In this document: piece by piece, positions 30,993-41,008 of the stretch
How positions within the stretch are numbered: position 1 is the stretch's first letter
How the letters are laid out: each line of letters begins with the position of its first letter
Assembly (NCBI GenBank): GCA_036337435.1
Contig: JAYZEG010000069.1
Coordinates: 35,685 to 99,684 of the forward strand
Origin: Myxococcota bacterium
GTDB taxonomy: Bacteria; Myxococcota_A; Bradymonadia; UBA7976; UBA1532
Length of the DNA stretch: 64,000 nucleotides
Direction: 5' to 3'
The notes under the pieces: generated by a model
Told to the model about the DNA's origin: nothing
Databases searched by the model: none
What the model saw: only the letters and a program-made list of their open reading frames with translations
Translations under genes and position numbers: made by a program

Positions 30993-31111
30993 GTATCCTC
31001 GCTCGAGTTGAAACGGACCACAACTGTGGTCAGCATTGGCTTTTGTTGGTATCATAGGAGCCTCACGTCTGTCTTGTCCCTTACCTGATATTTTCATTTT
31101 AAGGATCATCG

Positions 31112-31897
31112 ATGGTTCGCCGAACCATAGAGAAAACGATTGAAGCGACAGGCCGGTCCCTGCACTCCGGTCGCCCGTGTTCAGTTCGCTTAGCACCTGC
31201 AGACTCTGGAACCGGTCGTCGCTTCAATGGTGCCTCAATCGGACCCGGCATGTTGGCTGACAGTGCATTTGCGACCACATTGCTCACGCCGCGCGGTTCT
31301 GTGTCCACCGTCGAGCATTTATTTGCCGCACTCCACGGGCTGAGAATAGACGATATTGATATTTCAACGGAGGATGGAGAGCTTCCTATTTTCGATGGCA
31401 GTGCGCGATGCTGGGTGAACTTATTATCACCGGCCGAACACCCGGGGGCTTCGGCCGAGCCACTCATCGTGGGCGAAAAGCTCAGAGTCGGCGATGATCA
31501 ATCTTGGATCGTTGTTGAACCTGATTGCCACTTATCAATTAATGTGGCCGTTGACTTTCCCGCACTCGGAGGGTTTCGTTTTCATGCGACTGCAGAACAG
31601 TGGGGCCACGCTATCGATGCGCGAACATTTGGCTTCTTAGCAGATGCAGAGCATTTAAATGCCATGGGATTGGCCCTGGGGGCAACTCTTGATAACACGC
31701 TGGTCTTCGACGAAGACCGAGTCCTCAACACCAATGGTCTTCGTTTTGATGACGAAGTTGCTCGTCACAAGTGGCTTGATTTTTTTGGCGACCTATACAC
31801 TTTGGGTCGGCCTGTAATCGGCCGATTTACTGCCTATCGGTCTGGTCACCGATTGCATCATGAACTCGTCAAAGCCTTATCAAAACTTGCTACTTGA
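31112..31897 (+). CDS. lpxC: UDP-3-O-acyl-N-acetylglucosamine deacetylase
   Basis: G..LHSG, TVEHL.AAL.G, E.PI.DGSA, ARTFGF, RHK.LD..GDL and SGH.LH; compact at 261 aa. Confidence 0.9.
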   Translation: MVRRTIEKTIEATGRSLHSGRPCSVRLAPADSGTGRRFNGASIGPGMLADSAFATTLLTPRGSVSTVEHLFAALHGLRIDDIDISTEDGELPIFDGSARCWVNLLSPAEHPGASAEPLIVGEKLRVGDDQSWIVVEPDCHLSINVAVDFPALGGFRFHATAEQWGHAIDARTFGFLADAEHLNAMGLALGATLDNTLVFDEDRVLNTNGLRFDDEVARHKWLDFFGDLYTLGRPVIGRFTAYRSGHRLHHELVKALSKLAT

Positions 31898-31943
31898 GGG
31901 TTTTTTAGCACATGCTTAGCGGGATGGATTTAGGAGTATAGAA

Positions 31944-32363
31944 TTGAGACTTAATGGGTTTTTACCAGTCCTTGGACTGGTGTGCGCGTTGGGCGGGTGT
32001 GGTCCGGCAAAACCAGTGATCAAGCCCGGTCCAGCGATTCCTGGAATCAACTTGTCTGGTCGATGGTTTAGTAAAGACTTTGGTGAAATGACCATTGTTC
32101 ATTCGGGCCAAGACATTAAGGGTGATTACACCGATCCGAGGGGCCCGGAACACAATGGTGGCTTCCGAGGTACCTTGATCGGTGATCTAATCAAGTTACA
32201 GTGGATCAAGCCTGGCAAACGCGAAGCCGCTGTGATGTTAAAGCGGGGACGCGCCTATTTGCGGGTCTTGGACCGTGGCCAAAAACTTGTTGGTCGCTGG
32301 GGCTATGAAGACAGCGAAGACGATGGAGGTCCATGGCGGGCAGAAAAGTCGACTTCGGATTGA
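31944..32363 (+). CDS. Small beta-rich lipoprotein
   Basis: AGGAG RBS, lipobox LGGC, SGRW...G.WGY beta-barrel-like pattern. Confidence 0.7.
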   Translation: MRLNGFLPVLGLVCALGGCGPAKPVIKPGPAIPGINLSGRWFSKDFGEMTIVHSGQDIKGDYTDPRGPEHNGGFRGTLIGDLIKLQWIKPGKREAAVMLKRGRAYLRVLDRGQKLVGRWGYEDSEDDGGPWRAEKSTSD

Positions 32364-32442
32364 TTAAGCGCGGTCGCTTTTAGAGAACTAAGAACGATGA
32401 TGACGGTCAGTTACTTGGCTGTATTTAAAACCTGGAGTCGGA

Positions 32443-34146
32443 ATGAAAGTCCGTTCTATCATCCTTTGCATCCTTTGGCTCTGTTCTCCTCAGTGGAGTT
32501 TTGCCGACCCCGGTCAAACGTTGATCTCGGCTATGGCTGCGGAGCTTAATCGGAATCAGACGCGCCGCAAAAAAGACGATTTTGTGGCGCCCAACTTTAT
32601 CGGATACCGGCTCGGCGATGAAAAAAATATACAGGTGTGTGCATCTTTTTGTGCCCTCGTTCATGATTCAGAGTCCAAGCGTCGGCGTGCCTTCGTCGAT
32701 GTAAGGGTGGGCGATTATAAATTCGACAGCAGTCCAGACCCCGAACTCGGTCTCGACCTTGATTATGAACAATTTCGCCCAAGTGCGCAGATTCCCCTCG
32801 ATAACGATCAAGCCGCCATTCAGGGAACTCTCTGGCTGTTGACGGACTCAGCCTACAAAAAGGCTTTGAGCATGTATTTGCAGAAGAAAGCCAAGGCGGT
32901 CAATTCGGTCAAAAAGACCCATGTGGATAGTTTTTCCAAGGAAGCGGTCACAACGGTTGTCAATGAAGCGATTACGCCGCGCATCGACCGCGCCGCATGG
33001 CGCAAGATGGTCAAGCGAATGTCTCTCCGCTTTAGGAAAACCGAGTTGCTGATGTCTGGTACAGTGAGCTTTGGGTTTGTTCATTTAAAGACCTACATTG
33101 TGAACTCAGAAGGAACACGTGTGGCTAAGGAATATGGTCTCTACCAATTGGTTCTTGATGCCGTTACACGAGCACCTGATGGTATGCTTCTCGAACAGGG
33201 TAAGACCCTGTATTTTCGCTCCTTAGATGAGATGCCATCTGCCACCAAACTAGACCGTCTGGTCGATGCAGTCTCAGCCGATTTGATGGCTTTACGCATT
33301 GCGCCGATGGCTGACCCATATACGGGACCAGCCATCCTTGAAAGCGAGGCTTCAGGCGTATTCTTTCACGAGACCATCGGACATCGATTGGAAGGTGAGA
33401 GACAAAATGACGACAGTGAAGGCCAGACATTTAAGGGGCAACTGGGAAAGCAGATACTGCCTAAGTTCATCAACATCGTCGACGATCCCACGTTGCGGGT
33501 GCTCAACAAACAAACATTAAACGGGCATTATACCCATGATGATGAGGGTGTTCCGTCACAGCGGACTGTTCTCATTGAGAACGGTATTTTGAAAACATTT
33601 TTGACCAGTCGTACACCCGTTGAAGGCGTCAGTCATAGTAACGGCCATGGTCGTGCGCAAGGAACGGCTCGTCCGGTTGCGAGAATGGGTAACCTGATGG
33701 TGTCCAGTTCAAAACGAGTCTCGCGAAAGCGACTCAAAGAAATGCTGATAGAAGAGGCCAAAAAGCAAGGTAAACCATATGGCTTGATCATCACGGACAT
33801 TATTGGTGGGTCGACAAATACCAGCAATTATGGATATCAAGCATTCAAAGGAACGCCTAGAATGGTCTATCGTGTCGATGCGAAGACTGGCGATGAAACA
33901 CTGGTTCGTGGTGTTGAAATGGTTGGAACGCCCTTGTCCGCCATCAACAAGATCATTGCTACCGGTCGCGACTATGGTGCGTTTAATGGGTATTGCGGAG
34001 CCGAGAGTGGTTATGTGCCAGTCTCAGCGAGCGCACCGGCTGTTTTGTTTCGGGAAGTAGAATTACAGCGGACAAAGCCCGCAAAGCGCAGGAATCCGGT
34101 TTTACCTGCTCCTTGGAACGGTTCATCGAATTCCCTCGGTAAATAG
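32443..34146 (+). CDS. TldD/PmbA-family metalloprotease (TldD-like) with signal peptide
   Basis: RVGDY..D, FFHETIGHRLE zinc motif, DDEGV, SNGHGR, ARMGNL and YCGAESG. Confidence 0.88.
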   Translation: MKVRSIILCILWLCSPQWSFADPGQTLISAMAAELNRNQTRRKKDDFVAPNFIGYRLGDEKNIQVCASFCALVHDSESKRRRAFVDVRVGDYKFDSSPDPELGLDLDYEQFRPSAQIPLDNDQAAIQGTLWLLTDSAYKKALSMYLQKKAKAVNSVKKTHVDSFSKEAVTTVVNEAITPRIDRAAWRKMVKRMSLRFRKTELLMSGTVSFGFVHLKTYIVNSEGTRVAKEYGLYQLVLDAVTRAPDGMLLEQGKTLYFRSLDEMPSATKLDRLVDAVSADLMALRIAPMADPYTGPAILESEASGVFFHETIGHRLEGERQNDDSEGQTFKGQLGKQILPKFINIVDDPTLRVLNKQTLNGHYTHDDEGVPSQRTVLIENGILKTFLTSRTPVEGVSHSNGHGRAQGTARPVARMGNLMVSSSKRVSRKRLKEMLIEEAKKQGKPYGLIITDIIGGSTNTSNYGYQAFKGTPRMVYRVDAKTGDETLVRGVEMVGTPLSAINKIIATGRDYGAFNGYCGAESGYVPVSASAPAVLFREVELQRTKPAKRRNPVLPAPWNGSSNSLGK

Positions 34147-34290
34147 GGCTAGAAAAGACCTCAGACAGCTTATCGCTCTTGGTTGTTCCTGAGTTTTGGC
34201 TGATGTCAGCATTCGCCCTGTTGCCATGGGGGTGCGTTTGGATCTAGTCTGATGTGGGTCACAGATTAATTCAGTGAGGTTTCGGACACG

Positions 34291-35445
34291 ATGAAGTCGA
34301 TTATCATTCAATGCGCACTTCTTTTTTCAGCCACATCAGTTTTCGCCAATGGACCAACCATCGCGATCGCTCCAGTCCAAACGGACAAGTCGATTCCAAC
34401 TGCAATCGCAGAAGAATACGATGCCAAAGTAAGACAGATCGCCGCAAAATCAACTCAGGTTGTCTCGAAGAAGAAAACCGGTTCAGCATTGAGCAAGAGT
34501 GGGGTGAGTGCTGACTGTATGACCGATAAGTGCGGTGCGGGGTTGGCAAAGGCCGCCGATGCGCGCTTCGCGCTCTTTACGAAGGTTGTGAATGATGACG
34601 ATATCTACAAGGTCTCCATGACTCTGTATGATGCGGCTTTGAAAAAGCGTGCGGGTCAATCAGAAGAGGAATGCGAGCTCTGTGCAGCCAGAGAAGTTAA
34701 TGGAACGCTCGCGGCCACGTTTAAGTCGTTTTCCAAGGCGATTGCGGTTCCTGCACCCAAAGTGAAAGAACCAAAGAAGACCACGGGTTCGGGCATACAG
34801 GTTCGTGTCACCTCCGAGCCCAAAGGCGCGGCTGTACAGGTCGGAGGCGTAAAGAAGGGCAAAACACCGGTGACGTTCACTGTGAAGCCTGGCACATATA
34901 CATTGACCATATCAAAACCGGGCTTTTTGTCAGTCAATCGGAAAATCTCGGCACTCAGCAAGAAGGTGAATTTGAAGGTCAAGCTTAAGGCCGACCCCAA
35001 TTCGCCTCTGCTGGCGATGACACCGGCCGCGGTCAAACCATCGACGTCCAAGCTGGATAAGAACCCAAAAGTTGAGGACATCTCACCAAAAGCAAAGCCT
35101 GAGACGACAGCGGTGAACGCCCCATCGGTCGGCAGCGCATACAATGGTTTGGCCCTGGGCATGGTTCTTGGCGGCGTTGCGTTGAGCGGTGTGGGGACGT
35201 GGCTGGTCTTGTTAGACGGTGAAGTGACGTGTTCCGATGGTCGTGGTCGTCGTGAATGTCCTTATGTTTACAACACAAACGGCCTGGGTTTGCTGGCTTT
35301 CGGCTTGGGTACGGCGGCCATCGGAGCCGGGACAGCCCTCTTCATTGAAGACTATGTCCGGATGAACCGGGTTGGCAATCAGATCAACGTGGGTGCCGCG
35401 CCAACAGACGGCGGTGCATTCTTCCAACTGTCCGGTCAATTCTAG
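34291..35445 (+). CDS. Secreted PEGA-domain protein with Gly-rich hydrophobic C-terminus
   Basis: Signal peptide; PEGA V.SEP.GA.V..GG...GKTP......PG.Y.L.ISKPG; terminal FQLSGQF. Confidence 0.75.
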   Translation: MKSIIIQCALLFSATSVFANGPTIAIAPVQTDKSIPTAIAEEYDAKVRQIAAKSTQVVSKKKTGSALSKSGVSADCMTDKCGAGLAKAADARFALFTKVVNDDDIYKVSMTLYDAALKKRAGQSEEECELCAAREVNGTLAATFKSFSKAIAVPAPKVKEPKKTTGSGIQVRVTSEPKGAAVQVGGVKKGKTPVTFTVKPGTYTLTISKPGFLSVNRKISALSKKVNLKVKLKADPNSPLLAMTPAAVKPSTSKLDKNPKVEDISPKAKPETTAVNAPSVGSAYNGLALGMVLGGVALSGVGTWLVLLDGEVTCSDGRGRRECPYVYNTNGLGLLAFGLGTAAIGAGTALFIEDYVRMNRVGNQINVGAAPTDGGAFFQLSGQF

Positions 35446-35684
35446 CTGGACAACCCGGCACTCGGCCTGCGGGCTGTAGATGACTCCACATTGGCGGGGC
35501 ACTCAGCAGGCTGCCCGTCACCAACCGGCCACTTGGCTGCAGAGACAAGGTCGTTTTTTGGGCCGACTCAAAATTCAAAGGCCCCCCGCTGACAAACAAA
35601 CGATGTTTTTTGTTCATGAGTGGGTCGACTCTACGTCTTAGCCAACAGGACACATGCAGCCGACCAATCGACTGTCATCACGCG

Positions 35685-38474
35685 TTACTTTGCTGCCTTT
35701 TTTTCGAGAAGCTTAAGATAGCGCGTGGCTTTTTTGTTCCCGGGGCTCAGTGACAGGGCCTTATTCCAGTGTTTTTTCGCTCGGTCATATCGTCCGAGTT
35801 TAAAATAGGCGAGTCCAAGATTAATTCGGTAATTCACACTACCAGGACTCAGGCGCACCGCCTTCGCATAGTGTTTGGCTGCCACCTTGTTCTGACCTTG
35901 TTGAAACGCGACTCGTCCGAGTCCAGCATAAGCACCTGACCGATTCGGATTGGATTGAATCGATTTGTTGAAGGCCACTTTTGCTTGAGCCCATCGGCCA
36001 CTTCGGAGGTGATTCTGAGCGTCTCGATAGGGATCGGATGTTGCTCCCGCTGCTTTCTTTTCCGCGTCGCGTTTTTTCTTCTCAGCAGCGAGCCGTTTTT
36101 TCTCGGCAGCAAGGCGTTTTTGATCCGCGTCTCGCTCTTTTTTCTTCTCTGCAGCGAGGCGCCTTTTCTCTGCGTCTCGCTCTTTTTTCTTCTCCGCTGC
36201 GAGGCGCGTTTTCTCCGCGTCTCGCTGTTTTTTCTTCTCCGCTGCGAGGCGCTTTTGCTCCGCGTCCTGCTTTTTCTTCTCTGCAGCGAGGCGCTTTTTC
36301 TCTTCGTCTTGCTGTTTTTTCTTTTCGGCAGCAATTCGTTTTTTCTCTGACGCCTCTTTTCGTTTTTGTTCTTCGGCCTTCGCTTTCTCCTCAGCAAGTC
36401 GCTTTTTGTCTTCGGCCGCCTTTTTCTTTTCGGCAGCGGCTTCCAACGTTTCAACCCGCTTGAGCATTGTGTGAGCAATCTGCAGTCCGGGCATGAGCGT
36501 TTTGGCCAAACGAGCATTTCTCTTGGCAGCCGCAAAATCTGACGCCGCAGTCAGCTCGGTCACACTCAATAGAACAGCGTCTTTGACCGTCTCGGATAGG
36601 GGGCCGTCAAAACCGTCTTCAGGATCTATTTTTTTCAATGCCAAAATGGTCTCAAGCAACGCGTCCTCACTGCCCTGCCAATTCTTTTTTTGAATTGCCG
36701 CTAACGCTTGCTTCTGCAGCCGCTCCACGGCGTCATTTCGCTTTTTCTGTTCGGCGGTCAAGGGGCTTTTTGCAGCATCGGTTTGCGGTGCTGTCGCATC
36801 GGCAATCGGCTGGCCCGCGTCCGGGACCAATGCCTCAGTTGCTGCATCGGCCTTCGCCACCGCCGTTGCTTTTGCAGCAATTTCTGCACGGCGTTTCTGG
36901 TCTTCATTATCCGAGTCCGCAGTGTTGGCAGCCACAGCTTCTGGAGCGTCTTCGGCCACGTCAGCGTCATAGGTTGACCAGACTAAACCACCAACGATGA
37001 GCCCTAACACGAGTACGATGATCGGGAAGATATTGCGGTCTTTTGGAATCGTGTATTCGTCAAACTGCGCAGCAAGATTAGGATTTGTAGCCTGGAGTTC
37101 GTCTACACTTTCCACAAACCAACGACCGGTTTCTTTAAACTTTGTAGCCTCTGTGTCCAGTTCACCCAAACCAGGCTCGTCAGTGTGTGGATCCGACGAC
37201 TCAGGTGCTTTGCTGACCGCGATTTTCGAACTGATTGAGACCAATGGCTCAGTTGTTGGTCGCGCACGGGTTTCTTCTGACTTGTTTTCAGTGGACGGCT
37301 CAGCCGCTGCTCCCTTGATCTCTGATTGTTCTGATTGCGCCTTCTCGTTTGCAGAATCCGCTCCGGACGTCTGTTCAGCCTCTCTGGACGTCTGCTCAAC
37401 ATTTTCAGTGGCTGGCGCCGAGTCCTCAGCTGCATCAGCCGATTCGGTGACACTCGCAACAATTGGCTCCGGTTTCCGGCTTGCGACCGGCTTGAAATTA
37501 AGTGAGGTCCGGTTACGGCTGCTGTCGTCTTCATTGGCAACAGCGTCTAACGCCTCTGTGACTTCGTCTATGGATCCAAAGCGACGTGTTGGCGTCTTTT
37601 CCAACAGTTTCATGACCACGGCGTCCAGCGAACGCGGAATTTGTGCTTGCCGTCGAACAATCCGTGGACTCAAGGGTCGGGTGATTGCATGTTGTCGAGC
37701 CGTCTTTCGAAAGTCGCCACCGCCGAAAGCTGTTCGGCCGGTCAACATTTCGTAGAGAACGAGCCCTAGCGCATAGAGGTCGGTTTGCTGTGTTAAGTCT
37801 TTCCCCGCGACCGCCTCAGGACTCAGATATTCAGGTTGTGCTCTGCATGCGGAATTCTCTCGCTGCGATGCCGTGTCCATCGCCAGGGTATGATGCTGAC
37901 CCAAGCCACCCAGAACAGCACGTTCCACCCCGACATCGTCTTGTACGAGGAAGATCGTGTCGGGTCGTATTCCTTGGTGAATTAAGCCTGTTTCGTGGAC
38001 AGCTTTTAGTGCTTGAAGCAGTTCTTGGGTGATCCGTCCCGCAATTCGGGGCATGATTGGCCCATCGGCAGCGAGTTTTTCCGCCAATGAGAGACCGTCT
38101 TGTTTTTCGCTCACGATGTACGTTCGGCCATCGTCGGTTTGATCCATATGTCTCAGCGGTAGAACATTGCCGTGATCGATTTCAAACGATTTCGCAATTG
38201 TTTCTTCTAGCGCCGATAATGCTGGGTCATCGCTCGTAAACGCATGTGCTGCAACGAAGATCCATACCGGCGCGTCACCTGCGGTATCTGAACCCGAGTA
38301 AGTCTGGCCCGCGGCAGTGTCTGTCCGTAATTCATCAAGTCTGAATCGACCGCCGAGATCCTGACCGCTCAGATCGGTTACGAGGCTCTGCTCGCCACCC
38401 CCATCGTTGTCTCCTGCTTCAGCGAAGCACGGGTGATTGCCGTTCAAAATTAAATGCCGCTCCATGAAACGCAA
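35685..38474 (-). CDS. Membrane Ser/Thr kinase-like protein (pseudokinase) with TolA-like K/A/E repeats and C-terminal TPRs
   Basis: Kinase C-lobe is intact (YLSPE, DLYALGLVLYEMLTG, P.RR) but VAIK, HRD and DFG are degenerate. One TM helix, (KKRLAAE) repeats and TPRs follow. Confidence 0.8.
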   Translation of the reverse strand: MRFMERHLILNGNHPCFAEAGDNDGGGEQSLVTDLSGQDLGGRFRLDELRTDTAAGQTYSGSDTAGDAPVWIFVAAHAFTSDDPALSALEETIAKSFEIDHGNVLPLRHMDQTDDGRTYIVSEKQDGLSLAEKLAADGPIMPRIAGRITQELLQALKAVHETGLIHQGIRPDTIFLVQDDVGVERAVLGGLGQHHTLAMDTASQRENSACRAQPEYLSPEAVAGKDLTQQTDLYALGLVLYEMLTGRTAFGGGDFRKTARQHAITRPLSPRIVRRQAQIPRSLDAVVMKLLEKTPTRRFGSIDEVTEALDAVANEDDSSRNRTSLNFKPVASRKPEPIVASVTESADAAEDSAPATENVEQTSREAEQTSGADSANEKAQSEQSEIKGAAAEPSTENKSEETRARPTTEPLVSISSKIAVSKAPESSDPHTDEPGLGELDTEATKFKETGRWFVESVDELQATNPNLAAQFDEYTIPKDRNIFPIIVLVLGLIVGGLVWSTYDADVAEDAPEAVAANTADSDNEDQKRRAEIAAKATAVAKADAATEALVPDAGQPIADATAPQTDAAKSPLTAEQKKRNDAVERLQKQALAAIQKKNWQGSEDALLETILALKKIDPEDGFDGPLSETVKDAVLLSVTELTAASDFAAAKRNARLAKTLMPGLQIAHTMLKRVETLEAAAEKKKAAEDKKRLAEEKAKAEEQKRKEASEKKRIAAEKKKQQDEEKKRLAAEKKKQDAEQKRLAAEKKKQRDAEKTRLAAEKKKERDAEKRRLAAEKKKERDADQKRLAAEKKRLAAEKKKRDAEKKAAGATSDPYRDAQNHLRSGRWAQAKVAFNKSIQSNPNRSGAYAGLGRVAFQQGQNKVAAKHYAKAVRLSPGSVNYRINLGLAYFKLGRYDRAKKHWNKALSLSPGNKKATRYLKLLEKKAAK
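36060..36430. repeat. Coding tandem repeat, about 45-bp unit (KRLAAEKKKxRDAE)
   Basis: GCGTCTCGCT recurs at 36127, 36172 and 36217, with degenerate copies on both sides. Confidence 0.85.
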
Positions 38475-38597
38475 GGGCAGTCAGCGATAGGCTATCTAAG
38501 ACTGACTCCGACACCTTGCTTGAATAACCGGACACAATCTAGCACGGACAAAGCACTGGGGCAATTTGCAGTCTGCCCACGAGATTACGAAAAATGT

Positions 38598-39503
38598 TCA
38601 GTCCTGATATTCGAGGAAAGCACGGGCCGTTTCTTGGGCGGGATGATGGTCTGGTGTCAACTCAATGAAGGCCAACCAATGTCGTCTTGCCATCTCCCTG
38701 AAACCTTGCTTTTCGAAGAGCAGACCCGCATTGAAATGTGCGTCAGCGTACCCTGGGTTGAGTCGAAGGCACTCGGAATATGCAGCGACGGCTTCGTCGT
38801 ACTTCTCGAGTTCATCCAAGGCATTCGCGAGATTATACCAGGCTTGCGACAAGCTAGGATCCGCGCGGGTCGCAGCTCGGTAGAGTTCGCCCGCAGTCCG
38901 AAATCGTCCGGTGGCAAAAATGAGGTTTCCGAGGTTACACATGGCGCGCGCATGGGTTGGATCCAGACTGATGGCGCGCCGGTAACCCATCTCTGCCGCC
39001 TCTAAATCTCCCGATTTTTCAGCTTTTTGTGCCTCATTGAAAGCGAGATTTGCATGATCCGATGTTGCGTTAACTCTTCGATTTGGAGTCTCCAAGATTT
39101 GTGCCGGTCTCGCTGGACCTGGGGCATCAAGATTAAACACCAGTTGGCCTGAACCTGTCTCCATGGTCACACCATCAAGGACGATCAAAACCCGGTCCCC
39201 CGAGACGTCGACTCGGACCGTGGCTAGGGGTTGTTCAATGTCTGGCCGCCAGTCTCTGATGGAGCGAACAAGCCGCCGTACTTGTCTGGTTTTGACGCCC
39301 CGATCTAATAGCGCTTTCGCAGCTCTGACAGCGACGACATCGCTGAAGGTGTAAGAGAGGCGACCGGACTTCGTTTTGATGGCGGGTAGGAGGCCATTGC
39401 GGTGCCAACGACGAAGTTGGGTCGCGGACACACGTGTGAGGCGAACCACATCCTTGGTTCCGTATTGTCCTAAGGCCGGTGATGGTAAATTGTTTTCTGC
39501 CAA
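38598..39503 (-). CDS. MerR-type HTH protein with TPR repeats
   Basis: YGTKDVVRLTRVSATQLRRW..NGLL...YTFSD followed by several TPRs. TTG start at 39503 inferred to avoid overlap with the upstream gene. Confidence 0.8.
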   Translation of the reverse strand: MAENNLPSPALGQYGTKDVVRLTRVSATQLRRWHRNGLLPAIKTKSGRLSYTFSDVVAVRAAKALLDRGVKTRQVRRLVRSIRDWRPDIEQPLATVRVDVSGDRVLIVLDGVTMETGSGQLVFNLDAPGPARPAQILETPNRRVNATSDHANLAFNEAQKAEKSGDLEAAEMGYRRAISLDPTHARAMCNLGNLIFATGRFRTAGELYRAATRADPSLSQAWYNLANALDELEKYDEAVAAYSECLRLNPGYADAHFNAGLLFEKQGFREMARRHWLAFIELTPDHHPAQETARAFLEYQD

Positions 39504-39508
39504 TCGAG

Positions 39509-40000
39509 TCAGCCGGCCGTAGCCGCCCTCCCATCGATGGCACTCTCGAAATCGACGGTCCAAGTGAGTGTATTACCAACGAAAGCGATCTTTGTCTGGG
39601 CTTCAAAATCCACCGATGTTTGTTCGCCCAAAAGCTTAGCCAGCTCACGGAAAATCCGATCATCAATCAGGCGCCTAACCCTTTGATCACCCTCGAGAGC
39701 TGAGACGATATCACCCGGAGTGATTTCAGCATCCAGCTCGGCTAAGTCATCCATTCGAATACGACAACTTATCAACGTTGATCCAAAGAGCCGATCGGAT
39801 CCATTTAAGGAGTCGATTCGCCCCTCGGTGATGGTCTCCGCTCTCTCTAAAATTTGATCAAGAGTCTCGATGTTGACTGCGCGCCCGGAGAATAGCGGAT
39901 TCTGTTGAACCCGGTTGTTAGGTGTTTTTGACCAAGCAATATTGGATCGTGCGTGCGCCATCGGTTGACGCTGAATACGTTGGGGATCCGGCCTCGGCAT
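39509..40000 (-). CDS. Hypothetical protein
   Basis: Co-oriented and 5 bp from the MerR-TPR gene; C-terminal 120 aa look protein-like; start uncertain. Confidence 0.55.
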   Translation of the reverse strand: MPRPDPQRIQRQPMAHARSNIAWSKTPNNRVQQNPLFSGRAVNIETLDQILERAETITEGRIDSLNGSDRLFGSTLISCRIRMDDLAELDAEITPGDIVSALEGDQRVRRLIDDRIFRELAKLLGEQTSVDFEAQTKIAFVGNTLTWTVDFESAIDGRAATAG

Positions 40001-40234
40001 GTCATCACTCCTGTTGGAAATCGCCGCATCATATCGTCAAAAGAAAAAGGACGCGAATTTAGACCCGGGATCCAGCGATTAGACTTGAAAATAGCTGGCG
40101 GGCGAGTGTCCTGTGAGCGTCAGTTGGTGTGTCACCAGCGTTATTTACGGACGCTAAAGGTGTGCATTTGACTCAGGAACCCGCTATACTACGTCGTCTG
40201 CGATGGGCAAACTGAGAACAAGTGAGGTGTTGAC

Positions 40235-41005
40235 ATGGGTCGCAATGCTCCTGAAATAGACCAAGAACGCATCCCGTATCCGGAGTACGTTTTACGGGTT
40301 TTGTATGCGTCGTTCTATCCGGCCGTCAAAATGGCTGTCGATCATAACTACCCACTCGATACCGTAAAGGACATGATGACGCTTGCCCTGTGGCAGGAAG
40401 CGAAACGCAAGCATTCAACCATCAACTTGATCTCTCTGATTTTCGGGAAGTCAACCCGTACGGTGAAGGCATTGTCGGCCCGCTTCAACAAAGGGGGCTT
40501 CTTCAATCAAACCGAAACGAACTTGATGCGCCGGGTTGAGGATTTGTTGCGTCAACAGCCAATGACCTTGGACGAATTGGCGGAACGGCTGCCACATTCC
40601 AATGAGTTTGACAGCTCTCGCTTGGCGGTTGATGCGCTTTTACGCGAAGGGCGGATCAACGAGCTGCCGTCTCGTCCAGGTCGGCACTCAAAATACACGA
40701 TCGTGGCCCGTCACCATGACCTATTCAGCGAGGATGGATGGGAAAAGCGAGTTGATGCCCTCTATGAACACCTTGAAGCTGTGACGGAGACGATTCGGAG
40801 GCGCTTTCTCTCGGACCAGCCCGAAGAAGCAGCCGCCCGAACATTTTCCTTCAGAGCGACGCCAGAAGACATGGCTCAGTTTCGCAGTGAGTTGTTTGAA
40901 TTCATTCGGTCCAGGACCAACGAAATGGAAAGAAAGGCCGATGATTCCGACCTCTCAGAGGTCTTTGCTGTTTACGCAGGTAGCACAGCGACGGAGGCGG
41001 AGTAG
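40235..41005 (+). CDS. Putative DNA-binding protein (DUF6502-like N-terminus, winged-helix-like middle)
   Basis: GAGG RBS; helical N-terminus followed by ISLIFGKSTRTVK (HTH-like) and MTLDELAERL...LLREGRI (wHTH-like). Confidence 0.55.
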   Translation: MGRNAPEIDQERIPYPEYVLRVLYASFYPAVKMAVDHNYPLDTVKDMMTLALWQEAKRKHSTINLISLIFGKSTRTVKALSARFNKGGFFNQTETNLMRRVEDLLRQQPMTLDELAERLPHSNEFDSSRLAVDALLREGRINELPSRPGRHSKYTIVARHHDLFSEDGWEKRVDALYEHLEAVTETIRRRFLSDQPEEAAARTFSFRATPEDMAQFRSELFEFIRSRTNEMERKADDSDLSEVFAVYAGSTATEAE

Positions 41006-41008
41006 CAC

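Noticed and set aside
31112..31897. Short lpxC as a pseudogene
   Set aside because: Zinc ligands and the catalytic Glu and His are present in one uninterrupted frame.
35446..35684. Intergenic gap as a possible tRNA or ncRNA
   Set aside because: No cloverleaf, T-loop or recognisable RNA family signature.
36060..36430. Periodic repeats as a possible CRISPR array
   Set aside because: In-frame coding tandem repeats with no unique spacers and no cas genes.
36997..37755. 252-aa plus-strand ORF, and similar ones at 35849-36535 and 35981-36463
   Set aside because: Antisense or alternate-frame shadows of the low-complexity pseudokinase gene.
40140..40230. c-di-GMP-I riboswitch-like words (GGGCAAAC, GACGCTAAAG)
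   Set aside because: The words are in the wrong order and the P1/P2 stems cannot be formed.
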